In this document: in pieces, positions 45,262 through 54,359 of the stretch
How the letters are laid out: the number at the start of each line of letters is the position of its first letter
Numbering within the stretch: position 1 is the first letter of the stretch
Assembly: GCA_017540505.1 (NCBI GenBank)
Contig: JAFYAW010000012.1
Location: 13,847 to 77,846 of the forward strand
Length of the DNA: 64,000 bases
Direction of reading: 5' to 3'
Source of the DNA: Bacteroidales bacterium
Lineage (GTDB): Bacteria > Bacteroidota > Bacteroidia > Bacteroidales > WCHB1-69
Translations under genes and position numbers: made by a program
The notes under the pieces: model-generated
The model's input: the letters and a program-made list of their open reading frames with translations, nothing else
Database searches by the model: none
Told to the model about the DNA's origin: nothing

Positions 45262-45858
45262 ATGAAGAAATTTGTATTCATTTCAGTATTATCGTTACTG
45301 TTTTTCTTTTCTAACGCACAGAATCATGGCGTTTCCCTTAGCTATGCCCCATGGGGATATGAACGAATTAGAACTCACGCCACCATATCCGGCGTGGATG
45401 AACCTCAAGAGGTTATTTTGAAGGGTTACCATTCTTTTCTCAAACCGGTTTTGAAATTCGACTTCGAGACACATTGGGGTTCAACTATCCATCTGATTGA
45501 AGCCGCCTATTCCACAGCAGATCTTACAGGACAGTTCACTATTAATACAACAGATACAACCAGTTTTAGCTTCTCTGCCACGTACAATGTGAAACAGTTG
45601 GGCATATACTGGCATCCCGGCTTTGTCATCATGCCCCAACGACGTGTCCAGATTCCTGTGTTTGCCGGAATGGGATTTAACTATTATTTCAGCGATGTAC
45701 GTTTATTTATGTTTGATTTGAGCCTCATGGCACAAGTTAGGGTGTATCTTATCAACCAGTTGGCTTTGTTTGGAGCATATTCGATGCATTATGGTTTCAC
45801 CAAGCAGTCAAGCGGATTCAAACATTTCCCGGAAATAGGTCTTATATACGAGTTTTAA
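45262..45858 (+). CDS. small exported protein, possible outer-membrane beta-barrel
   Basis: 198 aa. Signal peptide MKKFVFISVLSLLFFFSNAQ. Alternating beta-strand pattern and a C-terminal aromatic residue (IGLIYEF). Confidence 0.5.
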   Translation: MKKFVFISVLSLLFFFSNAQNHGVSLSYAPWGYERIRTHATISGVDEPQEVILKGYHSFLKPVLKFDFETHWGSTIHLIEAAYSTADLTGQFTINTTDTTSFSFSATYNVKQLGIYWHPGFVIMPQRRVQIPVFAGMGFNYYFSDVRLFMFDLSLMAQVRVYLINQLALFGAYSMHYGFTKQSSGFKHFPEIGLIYEF

Positions 45859-45882
45859 CCCCCTGAAAAAAACAATAGCATC

Positions 45883-47412
45883 ATGAAAAAAATTCTTGTT
45901 TTAGGCTTGCTAGTTGTATTGTCAAGCATATCATTGGCACAAAAGGTCAGCTATCCTGCACTGGTGCAACAAGCCTTGGCCAACGGGCGGGGTAATCTGG
46001 GGAAAGGGTATTATATGTTTCGTCCACAAGGAAATGTCGTGCCCCATGACGAGTTTCGCGAATATATGTTGAGAAACCGCTACTTCCTTATTCAAGGCAG
46101 CAACTGGGCTGTTGGAAGCCAAGTGCGGTTCGGGAACACAGTCAAGACGGTCCTTTCCGCGGATTTCCTGCCTGAAAGCGAGATAGGATATTTTTTGGCG
46201 GGAATGAGAACCCCTGACGCGAAAAAAGGGAAAGCTTATCTGTTCCCGGGATCCAATTCTTCGAATGCGATGGATGTGGAATGGGACGGCGAACTGTCCA
46301 ACGGCTATATTGAAGGATATGGTTCAGGAGTTGTCTCGCTTGGGAATCGCCAGTATTATCTGTTCTCCGGCAGATTTCACAACGGCATCGTCAATGGCAA
46401 TCTCACGATAACCCAAGCCACAGTAAGAATCACAGATCGCAATGCCATTCTCGATTGCGTGTTCTTCCCTGCTGAGACAAAAAAGGTGACAAAGGCATCC
46501 TATTATGTGGGGGATTTCATCAATGGATTTGCCCCTTACTCCCAAAACAACAAGTGGGGTTTTGTTGACCAGTATGGCAATCTTGTGGTCAAACCCATTT
46601 ATGGAAGTATTGTATCCTCATTTAACTCTGAAGGATACGCCGTTGTACTAAACAACAAGAAAGAAGAGATAAAGGTAAATAAATATGGGACGGAGATGGG
46701 TTATTCCGACCATCAGGCGGCGATTTACGAAGAGCAGCGTCTGGCTGCCGAGCGAGAGGCAGCACGCATAGCTGAGGAGAAACGTCAGGCTGAAAGGAAA
46801 GCGGCGGAAATCAAGAAATACATGGCCGCCAAGGAGTACTATAGAAGCTTCAACAACACCGATTTCAAAACCGCATACGAGGAATACATGAAAGAGTATC
46901 CCAACGACATGCCCGTACACCGCATTGACCTGGAAAAGATGAAAAGTAACTTGCCTTCCCGCGAGAGCAGAATTGCAAAAGGAATGGATATGAGCAAGTG
47001 GCATGAGGGAGACCAAGTCTGCGTAAGCCATGATAACGGTCTTCTTTACGGTATTGTGGAAAGACTTAACAACGAGCGCACTGCCGCACAGGTGAGGATT
47101 ATTTCCGGACCAAGCGGATACTATGAAAGCCAGGCCTTGAAACATGGCAGCACAATTTGGATCCAGAAAAACAAAGGCTGGCATATAGCCCTTGATGAAG
47201 AAATCGAATATGCCAACGAAAGCAATGGCATTTACAAACCGATAGAAGAGCGAGACACGAGATTATGCGGTTCATGTGCAGGAAAAGGATATACCATTTG
47301 CAGCAGTTGCAAAGGAAGTGGCTGGAATTATAATGATCGCAGATGTTCCAGCTGCGACGGTCTTGGTAAAAAATATTGTTATTCTTGCGACGGTACCGGA
47401 GTAAAGAGATAA
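45883..47412 (+). CDS. secreted multi-domain protein: MORN-like/WG repeats, coiled coil, SH3/Tudor-like segment, C-terminal CxxCxGxG zinc-finger
   Basis: 509 aa. Signal peptide. NNKWGFVDQYGNLVVKPIY (WG/KWG repeat). EEQRLAAEREAARIAEEKRQAERKAAEIKKY. C-terminal CGSCAGKGYTICSSCKGSGWNYNDRRCSSCDGLGKKYCYSCDGTG. Confidence 0.6.
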   Translation: MKKILVLGLLVVLSSISLAQKVSYPALVQQALANGRGNLGKGYYMFRPQGNVVPHDEFREYMLRNRYFLIQGSNWAVGSQVRFGNTVKTVLSADFLPESEIGYFLAGMRTPDAKKGKAYLFPGSNSSNAMDVEWDGELSNGYIEGYGSGVVSLGNRQYYLFSGRFHNGIVNGNLTITQATVRITDRNAILDCVFFPAETKKVTKASYYVGDFINGFAPYSQNNKWGFVDQYGNLVVKPIYGSIVSSFNSEGYAVVLNNKKEEIKVNKYGTEMGYSDHQAAIYEEQRLAAEREAARIAEEKRQAERKAAEIKKYMAAKEYYRSFNNTDFKTAYEEYMKEYPNDMPVHRIDLEKMKSNLPSRESRIAKGMDMSKWHEGDQVCVSHDNGLLYGIVERLNNERTAAQVRIISGPSGYYESQALKHGSTIWIQKNKGWHIALDEEIEYANESNGIYKPIEERDTRLCGSCAGKGYTICSSCKGSGWNYNDRRCSSCDGLGKKYCYSCDGTGVKR

Positions 47413-47442
47413 TGTTATTAATCTTTTAATACTCAAAAAATT

Positions 47443-48849
47443 ATGGGCGGTTTTTTTGGTGTTGTCTCGAACGGACCCTGCAATCCGGACCTTTTCTACG
47501 GTATAGACTACCACTCCCACCTCGGCACGAAACGCGCCGGTATGGTGACCCTTGACGAGAATCTCTTCCATCGTTCCATCCACAACATACAGAACTCCTA
47601 CTTCCGCACCAAATTCGGCGAGGACCTGGAAAAATTCAAGGGGAACCTTGGCATCGGTGTCATCAGCGACACGGATGCACAACCCATCGTGGTGAATTCC
47701 CATTTAGGCCGTTTTGCCATTGTCACGGTGGCCAAAATCAACAATATAGCGGAATTGGAGCAGGAATGCCTCAACAAAAACCAGCAGTTCACCGAGTTGA
47801 GTTCCGGCGCCACCAACCCCACCGAACTCGTCGCCCTGATGATCACGCAGGGCAAGACCTTTGTGGATGGTATCCAGAACGTATATCGCAAAGTCAAAGG
47901 GTCTTGTTCCATGCTGATACTGACCAACGACGGCATCATCGCCGCCCGCGACTATTACGGGCGCACGCCCATCGTCATCGGCAAGAAAAGCTCCGGCTAC
48001 GCACTCGCCTTCGACAGCCACAGTTTCGCCAATCTGGACTACGCCATCGAACGTTTTGTGGGTCCGGGCGAGATTGTCAAGGTGACCGCCAACGGATACG
48101 AACAGCTGCTGGCCCCCAATGAGAAGATGCAGATATGCTCCTTCCTGTGGATTTACTACGGGTATCCATCCTCTGAATATGAGGGTGTGAATGTGGAGAA
48201 CACACGATACATGTACGGCTACGAAATGGGCCGCGAGGACGATGTGGAGGCCGACTTCGTGTCCGCCATCCCGGATTCCGGCATCGGCATGGCCTTAGGC
48301 TACGCCATGGGCAAGCAGATACCCTACCGTCGGGGTATCATCAAGTACACACCCACCTGGTCGAGAAGCTTTATGCCCGTCAATCAGGAAACCCGAGAGC
48401 ATGTGGCCCGCATGAAGCTGCTGCCTAACACTAAAATCCTTGAGGGCCAGCGGATTGTCTTCTGCGACGACTCCATCGTGCGAGGCACCCAGCTGCGTGA
48501 CAATGTGCGCAAGCTATACGAATATGGGGCCAAGGAGGTCCACATCCGCATCAGCTGTCCGCCGCTGCTTTACGGATGCCATTTCCTGAACTTTTCCGCA
48601 TCCAAAACAGAAATGGAACTGATTACCCGTCAGGTGATTGAGGAATTGGAGGGCGACAGCACCAAGAACCTGCACCTATACTGTGATGACACCACTCCGC
48701 AATATGCCAACCTTGTGGAACGCATCCGCCAACACCTCGGCGTGGACACGCTGAAATTCAACAAGCTGGCCACCATATCCAAAGCGCTCGGTCTTCCCAA
48801 AGAGCGCATCTGCACCCACTGTTTCGACGGATCCAGCTTCGGCCAGTAA
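47443..48849 (+). CDS. amidophosphoribosyltransferase-like protein lacking the N-terminal catalytic Cys
   Basis: 468 aa. MGGFFGVVS aligns with the canonical (M)CG(I/V)(V/F)GI. PRTase motif IVFCDDSIVRGTQL is present. Confidence 0.7.
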   Translation: MGGFFGVVSNGPCNPDLFYGIDYHSHLGTKRAGMVTLDENLFHRSIHNIQNSYFRTKFGEDLEKFKGNLGIGVISDTDAQPIVVNSHLGRFAIVTVAKINNIAELEQECLNKNQQFTELSSGATNPTELVALMITQGKTFVDGIQNVYRKVKGSCSMLILTNDGIIAARDYYGRTPIVIGKKSSGYALAFDSHSFANLDYAIERFVGPGEIVKVTANGYEQLLAPNEKMQICSFLWIYYGYPSSEYEGVNVENTRYMYGYEMGREDDVEADFVSAIPDSGIGMALGYAMGKQIPYRRGIIKYTPTWSRSFMPVNQETREHVARMKLLPNTKILEGQRIVFCDDSIVRGTQLRDNVRKLYEYGAKEVHIRISCPPLLYGCHFLNFSASKTEMELITRQVIEELEGDSTKNLHLYCDDTTPQYANLVERIRQHLGVDTLKFNKLATISKALGLPKERICTHCFDGSSFGQ

Positions 48850-48852
48850 TCG

Positions 48853-51852
48853 CTAACGTTTCACCACCTTCCGAACGCACATCGAGCCATCGGTGCGCAT
48901 AACCTTCAGCAGCAGCACCCCTGACGGCATTTGCCCGATGGAGATTCTGCATTGGTCTTGGCTGCAACTTTCCGACATTAAAAGCTGTCCCGTAAGGCTG
49001 TATATCTCAATACGCTGCAAGTCCTGTCCCGAAACCGTGATCTGGTCAAATGCCGGATTGGGATACACACGCACACTCTCCGCCAATGTCGCATCATGAA
49101 CACCGCTGTTAAAGAAGTGCACATGGAACGTAAGGTTGCTTCCGTTTTCTTGTATATTCGTGATTTCAAAGCTGTTCTCCGGCGTGCCGTCCGTCAGATA
49201 AGGATACGGGTCCGTGGTCGGGCCAAAGGAGGTGCGCCCTTCCGCCGCGCAGAAATGCGCCATATTGATGTCGCCGTTCATCGTGTCACAATTGCTACCC
49301 GGACGGAAAATCCAGTACTGGTGCGCCTGATGCTCATAATCGAAAAAGGCGTTGGCAAACATACCTTGATAGTTCAGCGGAACCGTATCGTTCCAGCGTC
49401 CGATGATCAGTCCCGTGCCGGGAATGCCCTCATCGAACAGGTCGGCCTGGTTACGATACTCCAGAGTGAACCACTGGGTGCTGTCAATGGCGGAGCGAAT
49501 ATAATAGCAGCTCTGCGTTGGGGACGTAGCGTTGCTCAACAGTGTATAATCCCCATCCTCCGTAATCTCTACAGGTTCATCCGCCACCCGTAAAATCTTG
49601 GATTTGAACATCATATTCGTATGGTTCGGCGCATAGTTGCGACACATCATATCCCAATAGCCTGCAGGGTCAACCTCCGAATAACCCGTATAATGGTACA
49701 GGTCCGGCATGTTAAGCGAATGTCCCATCTCGTGCCGGAAGACATTTGCAGAGAAAAGAGAAGAGGATGCGCCCTCAAACTCGAAATTGAACGTATTGGG
49801 TTTCATCCCGTTGATACGGACCGGATAATCAATGGAATCATGAGGGAAAAACTCCATATGCGGCCAAAGTATGGAGGCCCAAGCCCCAGTCCCTCCTTTG
49901 ACGATGAAGCTGACGTTGTCAATATAGCCGTCACCGTCGCCGTCTAAGGTCACGTAAGTGTCCACCAATCTGTTGTTGTTCACATATTGCATGGCAGCGG
50001 CCAGCAGCTGAGCCTCCCGCATGGAGATGCCCACAAACGGGTTGGGACCTTGATACCCATCCGGATTGGTGGGGCTGTAAGGCTCGTAATAGCCGCGCGG
50101 ATGCTCGTCCATATACGAGACAATATGGTTCCCATACACTTGGTTGGCATATTTCGTGACATATCTTATTTTGCCGTATGACATTGTTTCAAAGAAATTA
50201 TAGACGCTCAAAAAGCCTGGCGTTTTACCATTGAACATAGTGTCAATCTGAGCAAAATCATGAGTTATCTCCTCATCATCGGCGAAGCGGATGAAAATCA
50301 CCAAGTTGGTGAGCTCCGACCGATTGCTGTCCACCACCCAGAAATCAATATCCGTGCGGAATTGTGCCGGAAACTGCATAGCACCCAAGGTGTTGGAGGC
50401 GTTGATGTCAATGGAATCGGAACTGCGATACATCATCACGTAATAGCTGCCCACAGGCAGATCGACGGTGTTCTGGAAGGCGTATTGCAGCGTGTCGCCG
50501 GCGGCAATGGTGAGATGCTGCACATCCAGCCATTTCACAAACTGCTGGCTGAGGTTCTCAATGATAGCCTGGCCCACAAAAAAATCGTCAGTAGTGTCAC
50601 CAACATTCACCATCCGGCTGTGTCCGCCCAACACGCCACCCTTCTGCACGCGGTCGGTGTCAAGGGAGGTTGTCTGCAGCAGGTCCGTAAACGGCGGATT
50701 GCCGGTGGTGGCAGGAACAAGGCCAAACGTGGCATTCTCATCGTGTGAGAAATTATAGTAGTAGGGAGTCAACGCCTCAATGGCAAAGTAAGCATCGTAA
50801 GAACCACCCCACCCCCAGTTCACATGAAAGTAGTCATCGTTGTCGTAACCGTCAATGATGAAGGCGTGTGCGCCAGAGTACGTGCCATTAACCGGATCAT
50901 AGTACGAGCTTCCGCTGTAGAGGACGGGAATCTGGTTGTCTAGGTCATTTTTGATCAGATTTTTCCATTGTGCATCTGTATAATTAGCCCTTTCACAAAG
51001 GGTTGCACTGTTCGAATAGCCGAAGAAGCGGGTGGCGCCATAATACTGCGACGACATCAGGGCGGCACTGCTGCCATTGCAGTCGCTATTGTATCTCATG
51101 TTCACAGCCACACCGCAATGGTAAAGCAGGGTGGCCACCGCTGTGCGCTCCGCCTGCGAGCTGCTGTCGGTAAGGCGAATGGGCATGTGGGCCCAGTCAT
51201 ACGTGGTGGCCCCGAAATTAGCCGACAGGGTATCATAATGCCAACAGGAATAGGATCCTTCCAAGGAGTAGGCGTGAGAGCCCCGGCCTTGCAGCGGCCA
51301 CTGCCAGTAGCGCATCACCTGGCCCAAGGCTAATGCCACACATCCCACAGCGGGATGCCCTCCATACTGGGGCAATGAAGTGTCCACTGGACAGAGGGCG
51401 TTGTAGCCATTTCCATTCGGGGAAGACTGATTCCATCGGGTAGCGATGAGCGGACTCACAGCACGGTCGTTCCGAGTGGGTTGATAGGCACAAGATTGGG
51501 CACCATCAGCCAAGGACTTTAGCTGAACCTCATACAAGGAGAGCCATCCGGTGAGTGCTTCAGGCATATCGGAGGATTCAAAGCTGCCGCTTTCGGAATA
51601 GGCCAGCACGGGACGTGTGCGGTCGTCGCCGCTCACCACCACAAAGCCGCCGCCTTCCACGTTGAACACAAAAAGGTGCTGGAACGGGGTGGTGACACTA
51701 TACACTTGATTGTCAGACCTTGTGGGATGATGGGCATTCACAAAGCCCAACGCCACATTCTTGGCAGAAAGGGGATCCACCGGCGCGGCGGGGGTCAGCA
51801 TCGGACATACACACAGGAAAAAGGCGATAATTGGAATGTAGAAATTTCTCAT
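48853..51852 (-). CDS. T9SS-secreted dual protease: C10 (streptopain-like) cysteine peptidase + HExxH (M6-like) metallopeptidase + CTD
   Basis: Start at MRNFYIPIIAFFLCVC, because the -7 box at 51872-51879 lies inside the longer ORF. C10 contexts ATRWNQSSPNGNGYNALCP and SGAHAFIIDGYD. Metalloprotease motif VFRHEMGHSLNMPDLYHY. CTD: VRVYPNPAFDQITVSG...GVLLLKVMRTDGSMCVRKVVKR. Confidence 0.75.
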   Translation of the reverse strand: MRNFYIPIIAFFLCVCPMLTPAAPVDPLSAKNVALGFVNAHHPTRSDNQVYSVTTPFQHLFVFNVEGGGFVVVSGDDRTRPVLAYSESGSFESSDMPEALTGWLSLYEVQLKSLADGAQSCAYQPTRNDRAVSPLIATRWNQSSPNGNGYNALCPVDTSLPQYGGHPAVGCVALALGQVMRYWQWPLQGRGSHAYSLEGSYSCWHYDTLSANFGATTYDWAHMPIRLTDSSSQAERTAVATLLYHCGVAVNMRYNSDCNGSSAALMSSQYYGATRFFGYSNSATLCERANYTDAQWKNLIKNDLDNQIPVLYSGSSYYDPVNGTYSGAHAFIIDGYDNDDYFHVNWGWGGSYDAYFAIEALTPYYYNFSHDENATFGLVPATTGNPPFTDLLQTTSLDTDRVQKGGVLGGHSRMVNVGDTTDDFFVGQAIIENLSQQFVKWLDVQHLTIAAGDTLQYAFQNTVDLPVGSYYVMMYRSSDSIDINASNTLGAMQFPAQFRTDIDFWVVDSNRSELTNLVIFIRFADDEEITHDFAQIDTMFNGKTPGFLSVYNFFETMSYGKIRYVTKYANQVYGNHIVSYMDEHPRGYYEPYSPTNPDGYQGPNPFVGISMREAQLLAAAMQYVNNNRLVDTYVTLDGDGDGYIDNVSFIVKGGTGAWASILWPHMEFFPHDSIDYPVRINGMKPNTFNFEFEGASSSLFSANVFRHEMGHSLNMPDLYHYTGYSEVDPAGYWDMMCRNYAPNHTNMMFKSKILRVADEPVEITEDGDYTLLSNATSPTQSCYYIRSAIDSTQWFTLEYRNQADLFDEGIPGTGLIIGRWNDTVPLNYQGMFANAFFDYEHQAHQYWIFRPGSNCDTMNGDINMAHFCAAEGRTSFGPTTDPYPYLTDGTPENSFEITNIQENGSNLTFHVHFFNSGVHDATLAESVRVYPNPAFDQITVSGQDLQRIEIYSLTGQLLMSESCSQDQCRISIGQMPSGVLLLKVMRTDGSMCVRKVVKR

Positions 51853-51871
51853 AGCCGTAAAAAACAAGGCG

Positions 51872-51879
51872 CAAAAATA
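51872..51879 (-). promoter_or_regulatory. Bacteroidetes -7 promoter box (TAnnTTTG)
   Basis: The minus strand reads TATTTTTG 20 nt upstream of the ATG at 51852. Confidence 0.5.
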
Positions 51880-51921
51880 GTAAAAATGCAACATATATTT
51901 TTCCCCTTCCGAGAGTTGTTG

Positions 51922-51929
51922 TATTTTTG
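51922..51929 (+). promoter_or_regulatory. Bacteroidetes -7 promoter box (TAnnTTTG)
   Basis: TATTTTTG lies 42 nt upstream of the ATG at 51971. Confidence 0.5.
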
Positions 51930-51970
51930 CACTTTAATTAAAAACTTCTTTTTCACTTATAAATACAAAC

Positions 51971-52429
51971 ATGAACACGTTCCGCATTCTCTTTGTGTGC
52001 CACGGCAACATCTGCCGGAGCCCGATGGCCGAATTTGTGTTGAAGCAGAAGGTGGCGGAGCGGGGACTTTCCACGCAGTTTGAGATCGCTTCCGCCGCCA
52101 CAAGCCGGGAGGAGATCGGCAATCCCGTATATCCGTGCGCCCGCAGGATGTTGCAGGCGCACGGAATCTCCTGTGCGGGCAAGACCGCCCAACAGATGAC
52201 GCGTGCCGACTACGACTACTATGATTACATCATTGCGATGGACCGGAACAACCTGCGGAACATGCAACGGATTGTGGGACCGGATGTGGAAGGCAAGATT
52301 TCGTTGCTGATGGACTACACCAACACGCCACGCGACGTGGCCGACCCCTGGTACACCGGTAACTTCCAGGCTACCTGGGATGATGTCCAAGAGGGCTGTG
52401 AGGGACTGCTAAACGAGATTCTTGGATAA
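51971..52429 (+). CDS. low-molecular-weight protein-tyrosine phosphatase
   Basis: 152 aa. ILFVCHGNICRSPMAE matches the CX5R(S/T) P-loop. DPWY context near the C-terminus. Confidence 0.88.
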   Translation: MNTFRILFVCHGNICRSPMAEFVLKQKVAERGLSTQFEIASAATSREEIGNPVYPCARRMLQAHGISCAGKTAQQMTRADYDYYDYIIAMDRNNLRNMQRIVGPDVEGKISLLMDYTNTPRDVADPWYTGNFQATWDDVQEGCEGLLNEILG

Positions 52430-52519
52430 TCGGAAATAGACTATATGAACCTTCGGGTTGGTGGAGAAAAGATGGAGATTTTTCGGAATAGTCGCGACAC
52501 CATTTACGAAGAAAATGTG

Positions 52520-52527
52520 TACCTTTG
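52520..52527 (+). promoter_or_regulatory. Bacteroidetes -7 promoter box (TAnnTTTG)
   Basis: TACCTTTG lies 20 nt upstream of the radA ATG. Confidence 0.5.
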
Positions 52528-52546
52528 CCGATTAAAACTGTAAAGC

Positions 52547-53917
52547 ATGGCGAAAAGCAAAACCCAGTATTTCTGCAAGAACTGCGGCGCGCAGTCGGCG
52601 CAATGGATCGGCCGCTGCCCGTCGTGCGGGGAGTGGAACACCTTCGTGGAAGAGGTCATCGAGCGGGAAGCCCCGGCCAAGGGCCGCTCACATGCGGTGC
52701 CGCCGCAACATCACCCCAAACCCATCGACGAGGTGTCGCTGCTGCAACTGCCCCGCGTGTCCACCGGCTTCACCGAGTTCGACCGCGTGCTGGGCGGCGG
52801 CATCGTGGCAGGCTCGATCATCCTGCTGGGCGGCGAGCCCGGCATCGGCAAGTCCACCCTGCTGCTCCAGATGGCACTACATATCCGGAACTGCAAGATC
52901 CTGTACGTCTCCGGAGAAGAGAGTGAAGCCCAGCTCAAAATGCGGGCCTCGCGAATCTCCAACCAACCGGCCCCGCACTGCTATGTGCTTACCGAAACGG
53001 ACACAAGCCAGATTTTCAAGCATATAGAAGAGCTCCAACCCGACATGGTCATCACCGACTCCATCCAGACCATGCAGAGCAACCTGCTGGATTCCGCCGC
53101 TGGCTCCATCTCCCAACTCAAAGAGTGCGCCGCCGAGTTCCAGCATCTGGCCAAGACCACTGGCATCCCCGTCTTCCTGATCGGGCATATCACCAAGGAC
53201 GGCACGCTGGCAGGCCCCAAAATCTTAGAGCACATCGTGGACACGGTGCTGCAGTTCGAGGGCGACCAGCATTACGGCTACCGCATTGTGCGATGCATCA
53301 AAAACCGCTTCGGATCCACCTCCGAGATGGGCATCTTCGAGATGACACAGACCGGCCTCAACGAGATCCACAACCCGTCGGAGATCCTGCTGTCGCAGCA
53401 TGAGGAGGACTACAGCGGCCATGCGGTGGCTTCGATTATGGAGGGCAACCGCCCCATGATGATCGAGACGCAGGCCCTGGTCAGCTCGGCGGTCTATGGC
53501 ATGCCGCAGCGTTCCGCTACCGGCTATGACATCCGCCGCATGAACATGCTGCTGGCGGTGCTTGAGAAACGATGCCATTTCAAACTCGGTGCCAAGGATG
53601 TGTTCCTGAACATCGCCGGCGGCATCCGGGTGGACGACCCTGCCATCAACCTCTCCATTGTGGCCGCCATCCTCTCCTCCGCCACCGACATTGCCATCGA
53701 CACCAAGACCTGCTTCGCCGGCGAAATGGGCCTCAGCGGCGAGGTGCGCCCCGTAAGCCGCATCATCCAACGCATCGCCGAGGCCGACAAGCTCGGCTTC
53801 CGCCGGATGTTCATCTCCAAATACAATATGAAAGGCCTCAACCCCAAAGACTTCCAGCTGACCATCATCCCCATCGTCAAGGTGGAAGAGATGTTCCGTT
53901 TGCTGTTCGAAGCCTAA
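52547..53917 (+). CDS. radA: DNA repair protein RadA/Sms
   Basis: 456 aa. Zinc finger CKNCGAQSAQWIGRCPSCGEW, Walker A GGEPGIGKST, KNRFG motif and a Lon-like C-terminal domain. Confidence 0.92.
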   Translation: MAKSKTQYFCKNCGAQSAQWIGRCPSCGEWNTFVEEVIEREAPAKGRSHAVPPQHHPKPIDEVSLLQLPRVSTGFTEFDRVLGGGIVAGSIILLGGEPGIGKSTLLLQMALHIRNCKILYVSGEESEAQLKMRASRISNQPAPHCYVLTETDTSQIFKHIEELQPDMVITDSIQTMQSNLLDSAAGSISQLKECAAEFQHLAKTTGIPVFLIGHITKDGTLAGPKILEHIVDTVLQFEGDQHYGYRIVRCIKNRFGSTSEMGIFEMTQTGLNEIHNPSEILLSQHEEDYSGHAVASIMEGNRPMMIETQALVSSAVYGMPQRSATGYDIRRMNMLLAVLEKRCHFKLGAKDVFLNIAGGIRVDDPAINLSIVAAILSSATDIAIDTKTCFAGEMGLSGEVRPVSRIIQRIAEADKLGFRRMFISKYNMKGLNPKDFQLTIIPIVKVEEMFRLLFEA

Positions 53918-53933
53918 TCCAAATCCGAATCCC

Positions 53934-54359
53934 ATGACAGAAGAAAATACCATTTGCAAGGAAGGCATCGTACGGGCCGTGCGCGGCGAGGATATCGATG
54001 TGGAAATCACCGTCAGCTCGGCGTGTAGCGAGTGCCACGCCAAAAGCATCTGCATACCCTCCGATCAGCGGCAGGAGTTCGTCACCGCCCAGGCATTGTA
54101 CGGCGAGACGTTCCAGATTGGCGAGCGCGTGCACCTCGTGCTGAAACAGAAGGCGGGCTGGAAAGCCATCCTGATCGCCTACCTCATCCCGTTTCTGGTC
54201 CTGATAGCGGCCCTGTTCGGCTCCTACGCCATTTTCCACAACGAGCTGGCCAGCGTCATCGCCAGTCTTCTCTTCCTGGTGGCATACTATTTCCTGTTAA
54301 AGCATTTCCGGCACAAAATCGACAAGCAGTTCACCTTTTTTGTGACGAAACTTCCATAA
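53934..54359 (+). CDS. RseC/MucC family (SoxR-reducing system-like) small membrane protein
   Basis: 141 aa. N-terminal Cys pair SSACSECHAKSIC followed by two TM helices (ILIAYLIPFLVLIAALF, IASLLFLVAYYFLL). Confidence 0.6.
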   Translation: MTEENTICKEGIVRAVRGEDIDVEITVSSACSECHAKSICIPSDQRQEFVTAQALYGETFQIGERVHLVLKQKAGWKAILIAYLIPFLVLIAALFGSYAIFHNELASVIASLLFLVAYYFLLKHFRHKIDKQFTFFVTKLP

